Positions 9,545 to 18,730 of a stretch of 64,000 nt of DNA are shown one piece after another. The notes beneath the pieces were generated by a model. It had not been told where the DNA came from. It saw nothing but the letters and a program-made list of their open reading frames with translations, and made no database searches. How positions within the stretch are numbered: the stretch's first letter is position 1; each line of letters begins with the position of its first letter. Position numbers and translations under genes: made by a program. Origin of the DNA: Minisyncoccia bacterium (GTDB lineage Bacteria; Patescibacteriota; Minisyncoccia; Phycocordibacterales; JAKFXT01). The DNA lies in contig JBGPJO010000002.1 of assembly GCA_041485465.1 (NCBI GenBank), positions 6,629-70,628 on the forward strand. The letters run 5' to 3'.

Positions 9545-9730
9545 ATGGCAAAAACATCAACTAAATATCGCGCCACGAGGAAGCCGAAATTCAAGTCGCG
9601 TGTTGTTCGGCGTTGTTTCAAATGTGGCAGAAAGCGCGCCTTCATGCAGGACTTCAACCTCTGCCGTATCTGTTTCAGAGAACTCGCAAACGAGGGTAAA
9701 ATTCCCGGTATCAAAAAATCATCATGGTAA
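9545..9730 (+). CDS. rpsN: 30S ribosomal protein S14 type Z (61 aa, zinc-binding)
   Basis: MAKTSTKYRATRKPKFKSRVVRRCFKCGRKRAFMQDFNLCRICFRELANEGKIPGIKKSSW contains CxxC...CxxC. Confidence 0.85.
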   Translation: MAKTSTKYRATRKPKFKSRVVRRCFKCGRKRAFMQDFNLCRICFRELANEGKIPGIKKSSW

Positions 9731-10116
9731 GCGACCCGATTGCAGATTTAATAAACCGATTAAAAACCGCGCAGATGGCGGGGAGGCCTTCGATTTCGGT
9801 TCCGTTTTCAAACTTGAAATTCGCGATTGCGGAGTTACTCGCGCGTCATGGTTTTGTCGGTGAGGTTTCAAAGCGCGGTAAGAAAGTCAAGAAGTACGTT
9901 GATCTTACATTAAAATATGAAGAGGGGAGGCCAGAAGTTTCCGGTGTGAAGCGTCTCTCAAAGCCTTCGAAAAGAGTATACCTCGGGGCTTCAGATATAA
10001 GACCGGTAAAATATGGTCACGGACTCCTGGTGCTCTCGACTCCAAAAGGTCTCCTGACCGATAAAGAAGCCCGTAAAGAAAAAGTCGGAGGAGAAGCCCT
10101 TTTTTCCATCTGGTAA
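9724..10116 (+). CDS. rpsH: 30S ribosomal protein S8
   Basis: DPIADLINRLKTAQMAG motif. Overlaps the rpsN stop codon. Confidence 0.9.
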   Translation: MVSDPIADLINRLKTAQMAGRPSISVPFSNLKFAIAELLARHGFVGEVSKRGKKVKKYVDLTLKYEEGRPEVSGVKRLSKPSKRVYLGASDIRPVKYGHGLLVLSTPKGLLTDKEARKEKVGGEALFSIW

Positions 10117-10121
10117 TAATT

Positions 10122-10652
10122 ATGTCGCGAATCGCAAAACAACCGATTAAGATTCCGGAAAAAACCGAAGTTAATGTTTCGGGCGGTCAGGTGACGATTA
10201 AAGGCCCGAATGGGCAGCTTTCGCGCACGTTCGGAAATGAGGTGATGATTTCGGTACAAGGTGGCGAGATCACCCTTACCCCGAAAGAAGACATAACAAA
10301 TATCGCGCTGTGGGGAACGTACGCTTCACACATCAAGAACATGCTTGCCGGAGTGAACAAGTCTTTTTCAAAAGAACTCGTTCTTGAAGGTATCGGGTTC
10401 AAATCCGAAGTATCGGGGGATACACTGACGCTCGCGCTCGGATTTTCCCATCCAGTAAAAATAAAAATTCCCAAGACCTTGGAGGTAACTGCAGAAAAAA
10501 ACATCATCACGATTACCGGCCCTGACATTGAGGAAGTCGGACGGTTCACCGCCTTCGTTCGCGATCAAAAAAAGCCGGAGCCGTATAAAGGCAAGGGACT
10601 CCGCTATCGCGATGAAGTGATACGGCGCAAAGTCGGCAAGAAAACCGTCTAA
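10122..10652 (+). CDS. rplF: 50S ribosomal protein L6
   Basis: Duplicated alpha/beta L6 domains (SRIAKQPIKIPE...). Confidence 0.85.
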   Translation: MSRIAKQPIKIPEKTEVNVSGGQVTIKGPNGQLSRTFGNEVMISVQGGEITLTPKEDITNIALWGTYASHIKNMLAGVNKSFSKELVLEGIGFKSEVSGDTLTLALGFSHPVKIKIPKTLEVTAEKNIITITGPDIEEVGRFTAFVRDQKKPEPYKGKGLRYRDEVIRRKVGKKTV

Positions 10653-10655
10653 AAC

Positions 10656-11006
10656 ATGAAAACATCACAAACAAAAAAAATAAAAAGAAATCGACGGCAC
10701 GCCCGAGTGCGTGCCAAAGTTTTTGGTACCGAAACTCGTCCGCGGCTCGCTGTCTTCAAATCGAATCGCTACATTTACGCTCAAATTATAAATGACGAAA
10801 AGGGAAAGACACTCGTCGCGGCATCATCTCTTAAAGACAAGAAAGGCACGATGCGTGAAAAGGCTGAGAACGTCGGTAAAAAAATAGCCGCTCACGCACT
10901 TCAGAAAAAAATCAAGAAAGTCGTTTTCGATCGCGGAGGATTTCTCTATGCAGGGAATATTAAAGTGCTTGCGGAGAGCGCGCGATCGGAAGGGCTTTCA
11001 TTTTAA
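10656..11006 (+). CDS. rplR: 50S ribosomal protein L18
   Basis: [20 protein letters not shown] motif. Confidence 0.9.
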   Translation: MKTSQTKKIKRNRRHARVRAKVFGTETRPRLAVFKSNRYIYAQIINDEKGKTLVAASSLKDKKGTMREKAENVGKKIAAHALQKKIKKVVFDRGGFLYAGNIKVLAESARSEGLSF

Positions 11007-11015
11007 ATTTTATCC

Positions 11016-11633
11016 ATGGATGAAGAAAAACAATTAATCACAGAAGAGACCCCCACAGAAGCGGTGCCGACCGTTGAGGCTACGCCGATCCCCACTCCCG
11101 CCCCTGTTTCAGAGACTCCGCGAATGGATAGGAGAGGCGAGCGGGGATCGAGGAAAAATCTTCGCCGCCCTCCTCGCCGTGCCGAGCGGGCACGCCCTGA
11201 ATTTGATCAAAAAATTCTTTCGCTCCGCCGGGTAACACGCGTTGTCGCCGGCGGTCGCCGCTTCAGCTTTGCTGTTTCGCTCGTTGCCGGAAACAGAAAG
11301 GGTATGGTTGGTGTCGGGACGGGAAAAGCGGGGGATACCGCGCTTGCGATTGAAAAAGCCTTTCGTGAAGCCAAAAAAAATATGCGAATGATTCCGCTCA
11401 CCAAAAGCATGTCGGTACCGCACGACACTGAAGCGAAATACGCAAGCTCCATCGTTAGAATCATGCCTGCCCCCGGGCGTGGTATTGTCGCGGGCGGAGC
11501 GGTCAGGAGCATCCTTGAATACGCGGGCATTAAAGATGTCGGCGCAAAGGTTCTCTCGAGAAGCAAGAATGCCCTGAATAACGCACGGGCAGCGCTCAAA
11601 GCGCTTGAGCTGATGCATCCGCGCAAGAAATAA
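11016..11633 (+). CDS. rpsE: 30S ribosomal protein S5 with an acidic/Pro-rich N-terminal extension
   Basis: RRFSFAVSLVAGNRKGMVGVGTGKA motif. No rpmD (bL30) ORF lies between this gene and rplO. Confidence 0.9.
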   Translation: MDEEKQLITEETPTEAVPTVEATPIPTPAPVSETPRMDRRGERGSRKNLRRPPRRAERARPEFDQKILSLRRVTRVVAGGRRFSFAVSLVAGNRKGMVGVGTGKAGDTALAIEKAFREAKKNMRMIPLTKSMSVPHDTEAKYASSIVRIMPAPGRGIVAGGAVRSILEYAGIKDVGAKVLSRSKNALNNARAALKALELMHPRKK

Positions 11634-11639
11634 ATCTCT

Positions 11640-12080
11640 ATGCAACTTCACCAAATCAAAAGAAGGACAAAAAATAAAAAGCGGGCGGCAGTCGGCCGCG
11701 GTGGAAGGCGCGGTAAGACGTCAGGCCGCGGCACCAAAGGCCAGAAAGCGCGGGCCGGACACAAATTGCGCCCCGAGCTTCGGGATATCATTAAACGTCT
11801 CCCGAAAATACGCGGCCGCGGTAAAAATTCTTTTAAGTCGATTACGGAAAAACCCTTTGTCATCAATATCGATCGTTTGGTAAAAATCTTCGAGAAAGGA
11901 GAGGCAATAAGTCCCGAATCGCTTACTGCGAAAGGCATTGTCAGGATGGTTAATAGTCGCTCGCCGCGAATTAAAATTTTAGGCGACGGGGAGGCGACAA
12001 AAGCGCTCACCATTGTCAACTGCCAAGTTTCGCTTCCGGCGAAAATTAAAATCGAAAAGGCTGGCGGCTCTATTTCTTAA
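11640..12080 (+). CDS. rplO: 50S ribosomal protein L15
   Basis: GRGGRRGKTSGRGTKGQKARAG motif. Confidence 0.9.
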   Translation: MQLHQIKRRTKNKKRAAVGRGGRRGKTSGRGTKGQKARAGHKLRPELRDIIKRLPKIRGRGKNSFKSITEKPFVINIDRLVKIFEKGEAISPESLTAKGIVRMVNSRSPRIKILGDGEATKALTIVNCQVSLPAKIKIEKAGGSIS

Positions 12081-12083
12081 TCT

Positions 12084-13355
12084 ATGGAAACACTTCTCTC
12101 AAAATTATCTCTTGTTATAAAGGATAGAAGTCTCCGTAATCGTCTTTTTTTCCTGCTCGGTATGCTTGCCTTGTTTCGCGTTCTTGCGACTATTCCTGTG
12201 CCGGGGGTTGATGTTACACGACTTCACCAGCTTTTTTCCAATAACCAGCTTCTCGGACTGCTCAATATTTTCTCCGGCGGTGGGCTTAACAATCTCTCGA
12301 TTATTATGCTTGGTGTCGGACCGTACATCACCGCTTCAATCATCATGCAGCTTTTGACGGTACTCTCTCCGAGATTGAAAAAACTCTACATGGAAGAAGG
12401 GGAAGCCGGACGAAAGCGCTTCGGCCAATACTCGCGGATTTTGACGGTGCCACTCGCACTTATCCAGGGTTTTGGCTTTTTGGTGCTTTTGGGACGTCAG
12501 GGTATTATCGGAAGTCTTACTCCTTTTGATTTTGGCGTTAACCTTGCCGTTATTACCGGCGGCTCGCTCCTTCTCATGTGGTTGGGAGAGCTTATCACCG
12601 AATTCGGCATTGGAAACGGCGTCTCGATTATCATCTTTGCGGGTATTGTCGCTCGCCTTCCAACGGATCTCTCTCAGCTCATCTTTGCCTTTGACCCTTC
12701 CCAGATTCCTCTCTATATCGCTTTTGTCGCGATTGCCATTGTCATTATTGCCGCGGTTGTAATGGTGACCGAAGCCGAGCGCCCGATTCCCGTCACCTAT
12801 GCGCGCCGCGTTCGCGGCTCGAAAGTCTACGGCGGTATCTCGACCTATTTGCCTCTTCGGGTCAATCAGGCGGGTGTTATCCCGATTATCTTTGCGCTCT
12901 CGCTCCTTCTTTTCCCCCAGTTGATTTTCAATTTCCTCGCTCAGGCAGGCAATGCCATTTTGAATAAAATAGGAACGATAGCTTCAGGAGCGCTTGGCAA
13001 TCAATGGATTTATGGCGGTCTCTACTTTCTTCTTGTGTTCATCTTCACCTATTTCTATACGGCGGTGACATTCGATCCCGATTCAATATCGAACAATCTT
13101 CAGAAAAGTGGCGCCTTCATTCCTGGCGTTCGGCCCGGCCCCTCAACGTCGGCTCATATCAGTAAGATTCTCGTTCGGATTACCTTTGTTGGCGCTCTCT
13201 TTCTTGCCGTTATCGCCATTCTTCCCTTGGTGATGCGCGGGGTTAGTGGTATTCAAGGCCTTGCGCTTGGCGGCACGGCGCTCCTTATCGTCGTCTCTGT
13301 CGTTCTTGATCTCATCAGAAAAATCGACGCCCAGGTTTCGATGCGTGAGTACTAA
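12084..13355 (+). CDS. secY: preprotein translocase subunit SecY
   Basis: 10 transmembrane segments and SecY signature regions. Position after rplO is as expected. Confidence 0.9.
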   Translation: METLLSKLSLVIKDRSLRNRLFFLLGMLALFRVLATIPVPGVDVTRLHQLFSNNQLLGLLNIFSGGGLNNLSIIMLGVGPYITASIIMQLLTVLSPRLKKLYMEEGEAGRKRFGQYSRILTVPLALIQGFGFLVLLGRQGIIGSLTPFDFGVNLAVITGGSLLLMWLGELITEFGIGNGVSIIIFAGIVARLPTDLSQLIFAFDPSQIPLYIAFVAIAIVIIAAVVMVTEAERPIPVTYARRVRGSKVYGGISTYLPLRVNQAGVIPIIFALSLLLFPQLIFNFLAQAGNAILNKIGTIASGALGNQWIYGGLYFLLVFIFTYFYTAVTFDPDSISNNLQKSGAFIPGVRPGPSTSAHISKILVRITFVGALFLAVIAILPLVMRGVSGIQGLALGGTALLIVVSVVLDLIRKIDAQVSMREY

Positions 13356-13385
13356 AAGCGTTACCTCTCTGTTACTATAGGGCTC

Positions 13386-13982
13386 ATGAATCCGCAAACG
13401 TTTATATTTATCGGGCGCTCTGGTTGCGGAAAAGGCACTCAAGCAAAGCTTTTAATCGACTATCTCAAAGGGCACGACCAGGCGCACTCTGTTTTTTATC
13501 TTGAATCGGGCGCGGTGTTTCGAAAGCTGATAGCGGAAAATACCCACACAGCAAAATTGGCAAAAAGAATTTATGAGGCCGGAGGCCTTCAGCCGGAATT
13601 TTTAGCCGTATGGGTCTGGGCGAACCTTCTTATTGATACTATGACCGGCGAAGAACACTTGGTGATTGACGGTACACCGCGTAAGCCGCGCGAAGCTCAT
13701 GTCCTTGATTCCGCCTTTAAATTTTACAAGCGCGAGAAACCAACCGTGGTACATCTTGATGTCTCCCGCGAGTGGTCAGTTTCAAAATTAACCGACAGGA
13801 ATCGTCCTGATGATAATCCCGGTGACATTGAAGCACGACTCAATTGGTTTGAGAGCGAGGTTATGCCTGCAATCAATTTTTTCAGAGGAAATTCATATTA
13901 TCGGGTACTTGATATAAATGGCGAGCAGCCGATTGAAAAAGTGCACGCTGATGTTGTAGCTTCAATTGAATGGCCAAAGTAA
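13386..13982 (+). CDS. adk: adenylate kinase
   Basis: GRSGCGKGTQA P-loop, with the position after secY expected for adk. Confidence 0.85.
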   Translation: MNPQTFIFIGRSGCGKGTQAKLLIDYLKGHDQAHSVFYLESGAVFRKLIAENTHTAKLAKRIYEAGGLQPEFLAVWVWANLLIDTMTGEEHLVIDGTPRKPREAHVLDSAFKFYKREKPTVVHLDVSREWSVSKLTDRNRPDDNPGDIEARLNWFESEVMPAINFFRGNSYYRVLDINGEQPIEKVHADVVASIEWPK

Positions 13983-14737
13983 AAAAAGAGGAAGAAATAA
14001 AAATTATGCGTGAGGGGGGTAAACGTCTTGCTTCCGTATTGCGCGAGGTTGTTGGCATTGTAAAAGTTGGGGTGAGTACGGACGAACTCAATACCCTTGC
14101 TGAGAAAAAAATTCGCGAGAGGGGTGATGAGCCGGCATTTTTAGACTACACGCCGTGGGGCGCCAATCGACCGTATCCGGCGACACTCTGTGTTTCTCTG
14201 AACGATGAAGTGGTCCACGGCATACCGAACGAAAGAAAAAGAATCCTAAAAGAAGGAGATATCGTCAGCCTCGATATAGGCCTGAAACACAATGGATTAT
14301 ACGTCGATATGGCGGTTACGGTTCCTGTCGGGAAAATCGATGAAAAAGCGAAGAAACTAATCGAAGCGACAAAAGAGTCCCTCAATCGCGCGATTGCCGT
14401 CTGTCGGGACGGGGCCGACTTGAACGACATTGGCCGGGCGATTGAAAAATACGCAAAGCCGTTCGGCTACGGAATCGTTGAGGATTTGGGAGGACATGGT
14501 GTCGGGCGAAAAGTCCATGAGCCGCCCTATATTCAGAATTATGCGGTCAAAGGGCAGAGTGAAAAACTAAAAACAGGCATGACGCTTGCACTTGAGCCGA
14601 TGTTAAATGAAGGCACACCTGAGGTGGTGCTTGACAAAGACGGCTATACGTATAAAACCGCTGACGGGAAGAGGAGCGCTCACTTTGAGCATACGATCGT
14701 TATTACACAAAACGGGGCGGAGATTTTGACAAAATAG
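13970..14737 (+). CDS. map: methionine aminopeptidase type I
   Basis: Metal-ligand motifs VHGIPN...DIGL...HFEHT. Confidence 0.9.
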   Translation: MAKVKKEEEIKIMREGGKRLASVLREVVGIVKVGVSTDELNTLAEKKIRERGDEPAFLDYTPWGANRPYPATLCVSLNDEVVHGIPNERKRILKEGDIVSLDIGLKHNGLYVDMAVTVPVGKIDEKAKKLIEATKESLNRAIAVCRDGADLNDIGRAIEKYAKPFGYGIVEDLGGHGVGRKVHEPPYIQNYAVKGQSEKLKTGMTLALEPMLNEGTPEVVLDKDGYTYKTADGKRSAHFEHTIVITQNGAEILTK

Positions 14738-14764
14738 TTTTGAAATTAATTTATACGATATATT

Positions 14765-14821
14765 ATAAATTTGAGAAAATAAAAGGACCCGTGCGCGAGG
14801 AGGAAGTTTGCGCACGGGTCC
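14765..14821 (-). terminator. intrinsic terminator for minus-strand transcripts (12-bp perfect stem plus T-run)
   Basis: GGACCCGTGCGC/GCGCACGGGTCC stem. The minus strand continues with TTTTATTTTCTC. Confidence 0.55.
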
Positions 14822-14890
14822 CGGGTTGTGTGGTCGGCCTAGTGGCCGTTGACGTCGCCATGGAGCGATGTGAGAATTTGGAATCCCACA

Positions 14891-14974
14891 TCAGTCTCCC
14901 TCATCGTTGTTTGGGAGAACAGCCACCCTGTCAACGCCGACGATGTCACCATCAACGGGCAAAAGCTGTTTCAT
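14891..14974 (-). CDS. acidic micro-ORF (27 aa, MKQLLPVDGDIVGVDRVAVLPNNDEGD)
   Basis: GGAAGGAGG Shine-Dalgarno 6 nt upstream. Candidate promoter TTGCGT-16 nt-TATCAT. Terminators lie on both sides. Confidence 0.35.
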   Translation of the reverse strand: MKQLLPVDGDIVGVDRVAVLPNNDEGD

Positions 14975-15044
14975 CGCACACCTCCTTCCAAAATTAATGA
15001 TACTTTTTTTCTTTTTCTTACGCAACAGAAGTTCTGACTTTGTT

Positions 15045-15072
15045 ATAAAAAAGCGGTTCCATGCGGAACCGC
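15045..15072 (-). terminator. intrinsic terminator after the Zn-ribbon gene (GCGGTTCC/GGAACCGC plus T6)
   Basis: 8-bp perfect stem immediately after the stop codon, with a T-run on the minus strand. Confidence 0.55.
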
Positions 15073-15354
15073 CTAGTTCTCCATGTCATGGAGAGTATTG
15101 ATATCTTGCTGGGTTAAGTTATTTTCTTCTTCCCAACTGAAATGTCCGTGGCAACGTGGGCAAAGCCTGCCAGGTTGCCACAACAAGTATTTGAAGAGTC
15201 GCCGCAACCTATTTTCATAAGAGATCGGTAATCCCCATTCCCCGACATATCGTTGTCCTGCACAGCGCCAGCACCACTTGATCCGCCGAAATTCATCTCC
15301 GGCACTTCTTAGCTTGAAGCGGAATAACCAGTAAAATTTCACCCAAGATTTCAT
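15073..15354 (-). CDS. Trp-rich putative zinc-ribbon protein (93 aa; CxxC...CxxCH)
   Basis: AAGAGGAGG Shine-Dalgarno 7 nt upstream of the internal ATG at 15354. Motifs WCWRC and CPRCH. It overlaps the ndk upstream region on the opposite strand. Confidence 0.4.
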   Translation of the reverse strand: MKSWVKFYWLFRFKLRSAGDEFRRIKWCWRCAGQRYVGEWGLPISYENRLRRLFKYLLWQPGRLCPRCHGHFSWEEENNLTQQDINTLHDMEN

Positions 15355-15432
15355 TTTGAACCTCCTCTTTCGGAGGCTAGCAAAATTTGCAAATAATACA
15401 AGGAACGCTATAATACCGAGCATTATTTTGAT

Positions 15433-16038
15433 ATGGCCCACATCAAAGAAGAAAAAACACTTGTCGTGACGAAGCCCGATACCCTTCAGAGGACTCTTCT
15501 CGGAGAGATCATAAAGCGCTATGAGCGTCTCGGATTAAAGCTTGTCGGCATGAAGATGCTTGTACCGAAAGCTGACTTTATTGAAAAACACTACACCCTT
15601 GATCCCAATTGGCGACGCATTACCGGAGAGAAAGCCATTAAAGGCTACAAAGATAAGGGACTGACGCCGCCATCTGAAGACCCGCTTGAAATCACTGCTG
15701 TGGTTCTTGAGAATCTGAAAAAATATATGACGAGCGGGCCGGTCATTGCCATGGTTTGGCAGGGGGCGCATGCGGTAAAGATCGTCCGCAAAGTGACTGG
15801 TGGCACCGAACCCCTTTCGTCCGACGTCGGTACTATTCGCGGCGATTTTGTCATAGATTCGTACCAGATATCGGATACCGATAAGCGCGCTGTGAGAAAC
15901 CTTGTCCATGCCTCGGGGTCGCCGGAAGAAGCAGAGCTTGAAATACGGCACTGGTTTGAGGATGGAGAGCTTATCAAGTATCGCTTGGTGCAGGATGAGA
16001 TTCTCTACGACGTCAATTTAGACGGCATTCTCGAATAG
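15433..16038 (+). CDS. ndk: nucleoside diphosphate kinase (long form)
   Basis: NDK fold motifs VTKPD...NLVHASGS. Contains insertions relative to the 140-aa form. Confidence 0.75.
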   Translation: MAHIKEEKTLVVTKPDTLQRTLLGEIIKRYERLGLKLVGMKMLVPKADFIEKHYTLDPNWRRITGEKAIKGYKDKGLTPPSEDPLEITAVVLENLKKYMTSGPVIAMVWQGAHAVKIVRKVTGGTEPLSSDVGTIRGDFVIDSYQISDTDKRAVRNLVHASGSPEEAELEIRHWFEDGELIKYRLVQDEILYDVNLDGILE

Positions 16039-16202
16039 ATTTTCTTGACAATCAATTACCTCGGCGAGACAATATAAAAGGATCATTCGCATATTATCCA
16101 CAAAACAATTTTTAGGGATCCTCAGATAAAATAAACCGTGGTTTGTTTTTGCGGGAACCCACCTAAGTTTTTCTTAGGGTAATTATGCAGATGGTCCTCA
16201 TG

Positions 16203-16230
16203 AAAACCCGACGGTAAGCGTCGGGTTTTC
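16203..16230. terminator. bidirectional hairpin terminator (AAAACCCGACG/CGTCGGGTTTT)
   Basis: A-run, perfect stem, then T-run. Confidence 0.5.
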
Positions 16231-16271
16231 ATTTCTCGGATGGACCAAGGAGAGGGTATAATAAGCCTTCT

Positions 16272-16676
16272 ATGCAGGGGAAATCATTTCTTACATTCTT
16301 CTTTTTCCTCTCGATTATTATCGGACTTTTTCAAGTTATTGCCGTTAGGTTAAATTTGTACTTCGAATTACCCTGGTCTGACAGCGTCATTCACTTCTTG
16401 GGAGGAATTTGGGTTGCCTCCGCCGCTTTTGTTTTTTATCGGTTTGCTAAAAGCGATTCCGTTGTTAAGGAGAAAACGATCTATGCTCTTCTTCTCGCCG
16501 CCGCCCTTACTGTCGGGATTTTTTGGGAGTGTATAGAATTATATCTCGGGGTGACTTTTACAAGGACTTCCCACTATTTTTTAAACGCCGCTTCGGACAT
16601 ATTTTTTGATATTCTGGGAGCACTTCTCGCTTCTTATTTGATTGTAAGCTGGTATCAACGTCATGAGAGAATCTAA
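16272..16676 (+). CDS. small integral membrane protein (4 transmembrane segments)
   Basis: Hydrophobic segments. Overlaps the next gene by 14 bp. Confidence 0.5.
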   Translation: MQGKSFLTFFFFLSIIIGLFQVIAVRLNLYFELPWSDSVIHFLGGIWVASAAFVFYRFAKSDSVVKEKTIYALLLAAALTVGIFWECIELYLGVTFTRTSHYFLNAASDIFFDILGALLASYLIVSWYQRHERI

Positions 16677-18027
16677 ACTCACTTTCATAAGCGGAGTCGG
16701 GGAAGTAACCGGCTCGAATTTTCTTGTCGAGGGCGGGGGTGTGAAAATTCTTGTCGACTGCGGGTTAATTCAGGGCGTGCAATTTGCCGAGAAAGAAAAT
16801 AGGTCTTCTTTTCCGTATGATCCCCGAGCAATAGATTTTCTGATTGTCACTCATGCCCACCTTGATCATATTGGCCGGATTCCGAAACTCGTTAAAGACG
16901 GTTTTCGCGGCGTGATTTATAGCACTGAGGTGACGCGACAGATTGCCGAACCGATGTTTGAAGATGCTCTCTCACTTCTTGGCATGGAAGCGCGACGGGA
17001 AGGAGTGCTGCCGCTTTACGAGAAAAAAGATGTCGAGGATGCTCTTTCTTTGTGGCGAGGCGTTTCTTATCATAAAGAAGTTTCTCTTAAAGATGGTTTT
17101 TCTTTTTATCTTAAGGATGCGGGACATATTTTGGGTTCGGCGATGGTCGAGCTTCGGCGTGATGACAAAAAAATTGTTTTCACGGGTGATCTCGGTAATT
17201 CCCCCTCACTGCTTCTTAAAGATACGGAAGTTGTCGACGATGCTGATTATTTAGTGATGGAAAGCGTATATGGCGATCGGAATCATGAGCCGAAAGACGA
17301 GCGCGATCGTCGTTTCGCCGAGGTAGTACGAGAGACAATCGCCCGCGGCGGAGTGGTAGTGATACCCGCATTTTCGCTTGAGCGCACCCAAAATATCCTC
17401 TATTCCCTCAACAACCTGGTCGAGAGCGGCCAGATTCCGTCCGTTCCGGTTTTTCTCGATTCACCTCTTGCGATCAAAGTGACGGAGATTTACAAACGGG
17501 AGGTGGGAGATTTTAAAAAAGAGGTACAGGAAGAAATACGGGGCGGAGACGATATCTTCAACTTTCCGAAACTCTCCTTTACCCTCACAAACCATGAGTC
17601 AAACGCAATCAGTCACGTCAAAGGGCCCAAAATAATTCTTGCCGGCTCCGGCATGTCCGCGGGTGGCCGAGTGACGAAACACGAAAAGGAATTCCTGCCT
17701 GACCCAAAGAGCACCATCCTTCTCGTCGGTTACCAGTCAATCGGAACCGTCGGCCGTTCTCTTGAAAATAAAGTGAAAGAGATTTCGATAGAGGGGCAGG
17801 AGATTACCGTTCGGGCTCATATCGAGAATATTCGGGGTTTTTCGTCTCATAAAGATTCCGATTCGCTTATTAATTTTGCGGCGGAAACCAAAGGCAGAGT
17901 CAAAAAAATATTTGTGGTGATGGGAGAGCCGAAAGCATCGCTTTTTTTAGTTCAGCGTCTTCGTGACTATGCCGATCTTCCGGCGCTCTACCCAGAGCGT
18001 GGCGTGCCCTATCCGCTTGAGCTCTGA
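16663..18027 (+). CDS. beta-CASP family metallo-beta-lactamase ribonuclease (RNase J/CPSF-like)
   Basis: HAHLDHIG (HxHxDH) motif and the beta-CASP C-terminal region. Confidence 0.75.
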   Translation: MRESKLTFISGVGEVTGSNFLVEGGGVKILVDCGLIQGVQFAEKENRSSFPYDPRAIDFLIVTHAHLDHIGRIPKLVKDGFRGVIYSTEVTRQIAEPMFEDALSLLGMEARREGVLPLYEKKDVEDALSLWRGVSYHKEVSLKDGFSFYLKDAGHILGSAMVELRRDDKKIVFTGDLGNSPSLLLKDTEVVDDADYLVMESVYGDRNHEPKDERDRRFAEVVRETIARGGVVVIPAFSLERTQNILYSLNNLVESGQIPSVPVFLDSPLAIKVTEIYKREVGDFKKEVQEEIRGGDDIFNFPKLSFTLTNHESNAISHVKGPKIILAGSGMSAGGRVTKHEKEFLPDPKSTILLVGYQSIGTVGRSLENKVKEISIEGQEITVRAHIENIRGFSSHKDSDSLINFAAETKGRVKKIFVVMGEPKASLFLVQRLRDYADLPALYPERGVPYPLEL

Positions 18028-18068
18028 ATTCAATAAAGTTTTAGTGCGCCATGGTACAATAGTTTTCT

Positions 18069-18695
18069 ATGGATCAACGAATGACTCAGATGAAATACAA
18101 ACTCTGCGTATCGGGCGCGGCTGAGACGGGACATTGCGGACTTGATGCTTTTGATAAAGGAAAAGAGCTTGGTATTGAAATTATCCGCCAAGGCGGAATT
18201 ATTATCACCGGTGCCACGACCGGTTTCCCGACCTGGGCGGCAATGGGGGCAAAAGAACAAGGGGGAATCTCGATCGGCTTTTCCCCGGCTTCGACCGAAA
18301 AAGAACACATTGAAGCGTATCGTCTGCCGCTTGATTATATGGACGTGATTGTGTACACGGGCTTTGGCTATTCAGGCCGGAATCTTATTCTCACGCGCTC
18401 CTCGGACGCAGTGTTTATCGGCTGCGGACGGATTGGGACGATCAATGAATTCACGATTGCCTACGAAGACCAAAAACCAATCGGAATTTTAAAAGGTAGC
18501 TGGGAAACCGATGAAGTCATTGCCGATATTATGGCGAAAGGTTATCGGGTGAACGAGAAAGTGCTTTTTGATGAAGATCCGAAGCGACTTGTCGAGCGGG
18601 TTGTCGCGCTTGTTAAAAAAGACAAAGAGTTATCGGAACATGTATATAAGAATGATGATTTCGTCGGCGGAAAAGTCGGAAACGTTATTCTTTAG
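18069..18695 (+). CDS. LOG/TIGR00725-family Rossmann-fold protein
   Basis: GGxxGxM and SDAxIxxPGGxGTxxE-like motifs (SDAVFIGCGRIGTINE). Confidence 0.55.
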   Translation: MDQRMTQMKYKLCVSGAAETGHCGLDAFDKGKELGIEIIRQGGIIITGATTGFPTWAAMGAKEQGGISIGFSPASTEKEHIEAYRLPLDYMDVIVYTGFGYSGRNLILTRSSDAVFIGCGRIGTINEFTIAYEDQKPIGILKGSWETDEVIADIMAKGYRVNEKVLFDEDPKRLVERVVALVKKDKELSEHVYKNDDFVGGKVGNVIL

Positions 18696-18697
18696 AA

Positions 18698-18730
18698 AAT
18701 AAAAAATCCCCCACACGGGGGATTTTTTAT
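18698..18730. terminator. bidirectional terminator (ATCCCCCACACGGGGGAT flanked by A8/T8)
   Basis: Perfect hairpin between the convergent LOG and rplT genes. Confidence 0.7.

Noticed and set aside
14740-14997. 85-aa plus-strand ORF downstream of map
   Set aside because: It is built across a 12-bp terminator hairpin and the RBS of the minus-strand micro-ORF, and it has no Shine-Dalgarno. The minus-strand interpretation is more parsimonious.
16103-16111. Perfect DnaA-box 9-mers TTATCCACA at 16103-16111 and 35233-35241
   Set aside because: Two occurrences in 64 kb (both strands) is about what chance predicts. There is no cluster of boxes, no AT-rich DNA-unwinding element, and no dnaA or dnaN nearby. 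Not an origin.
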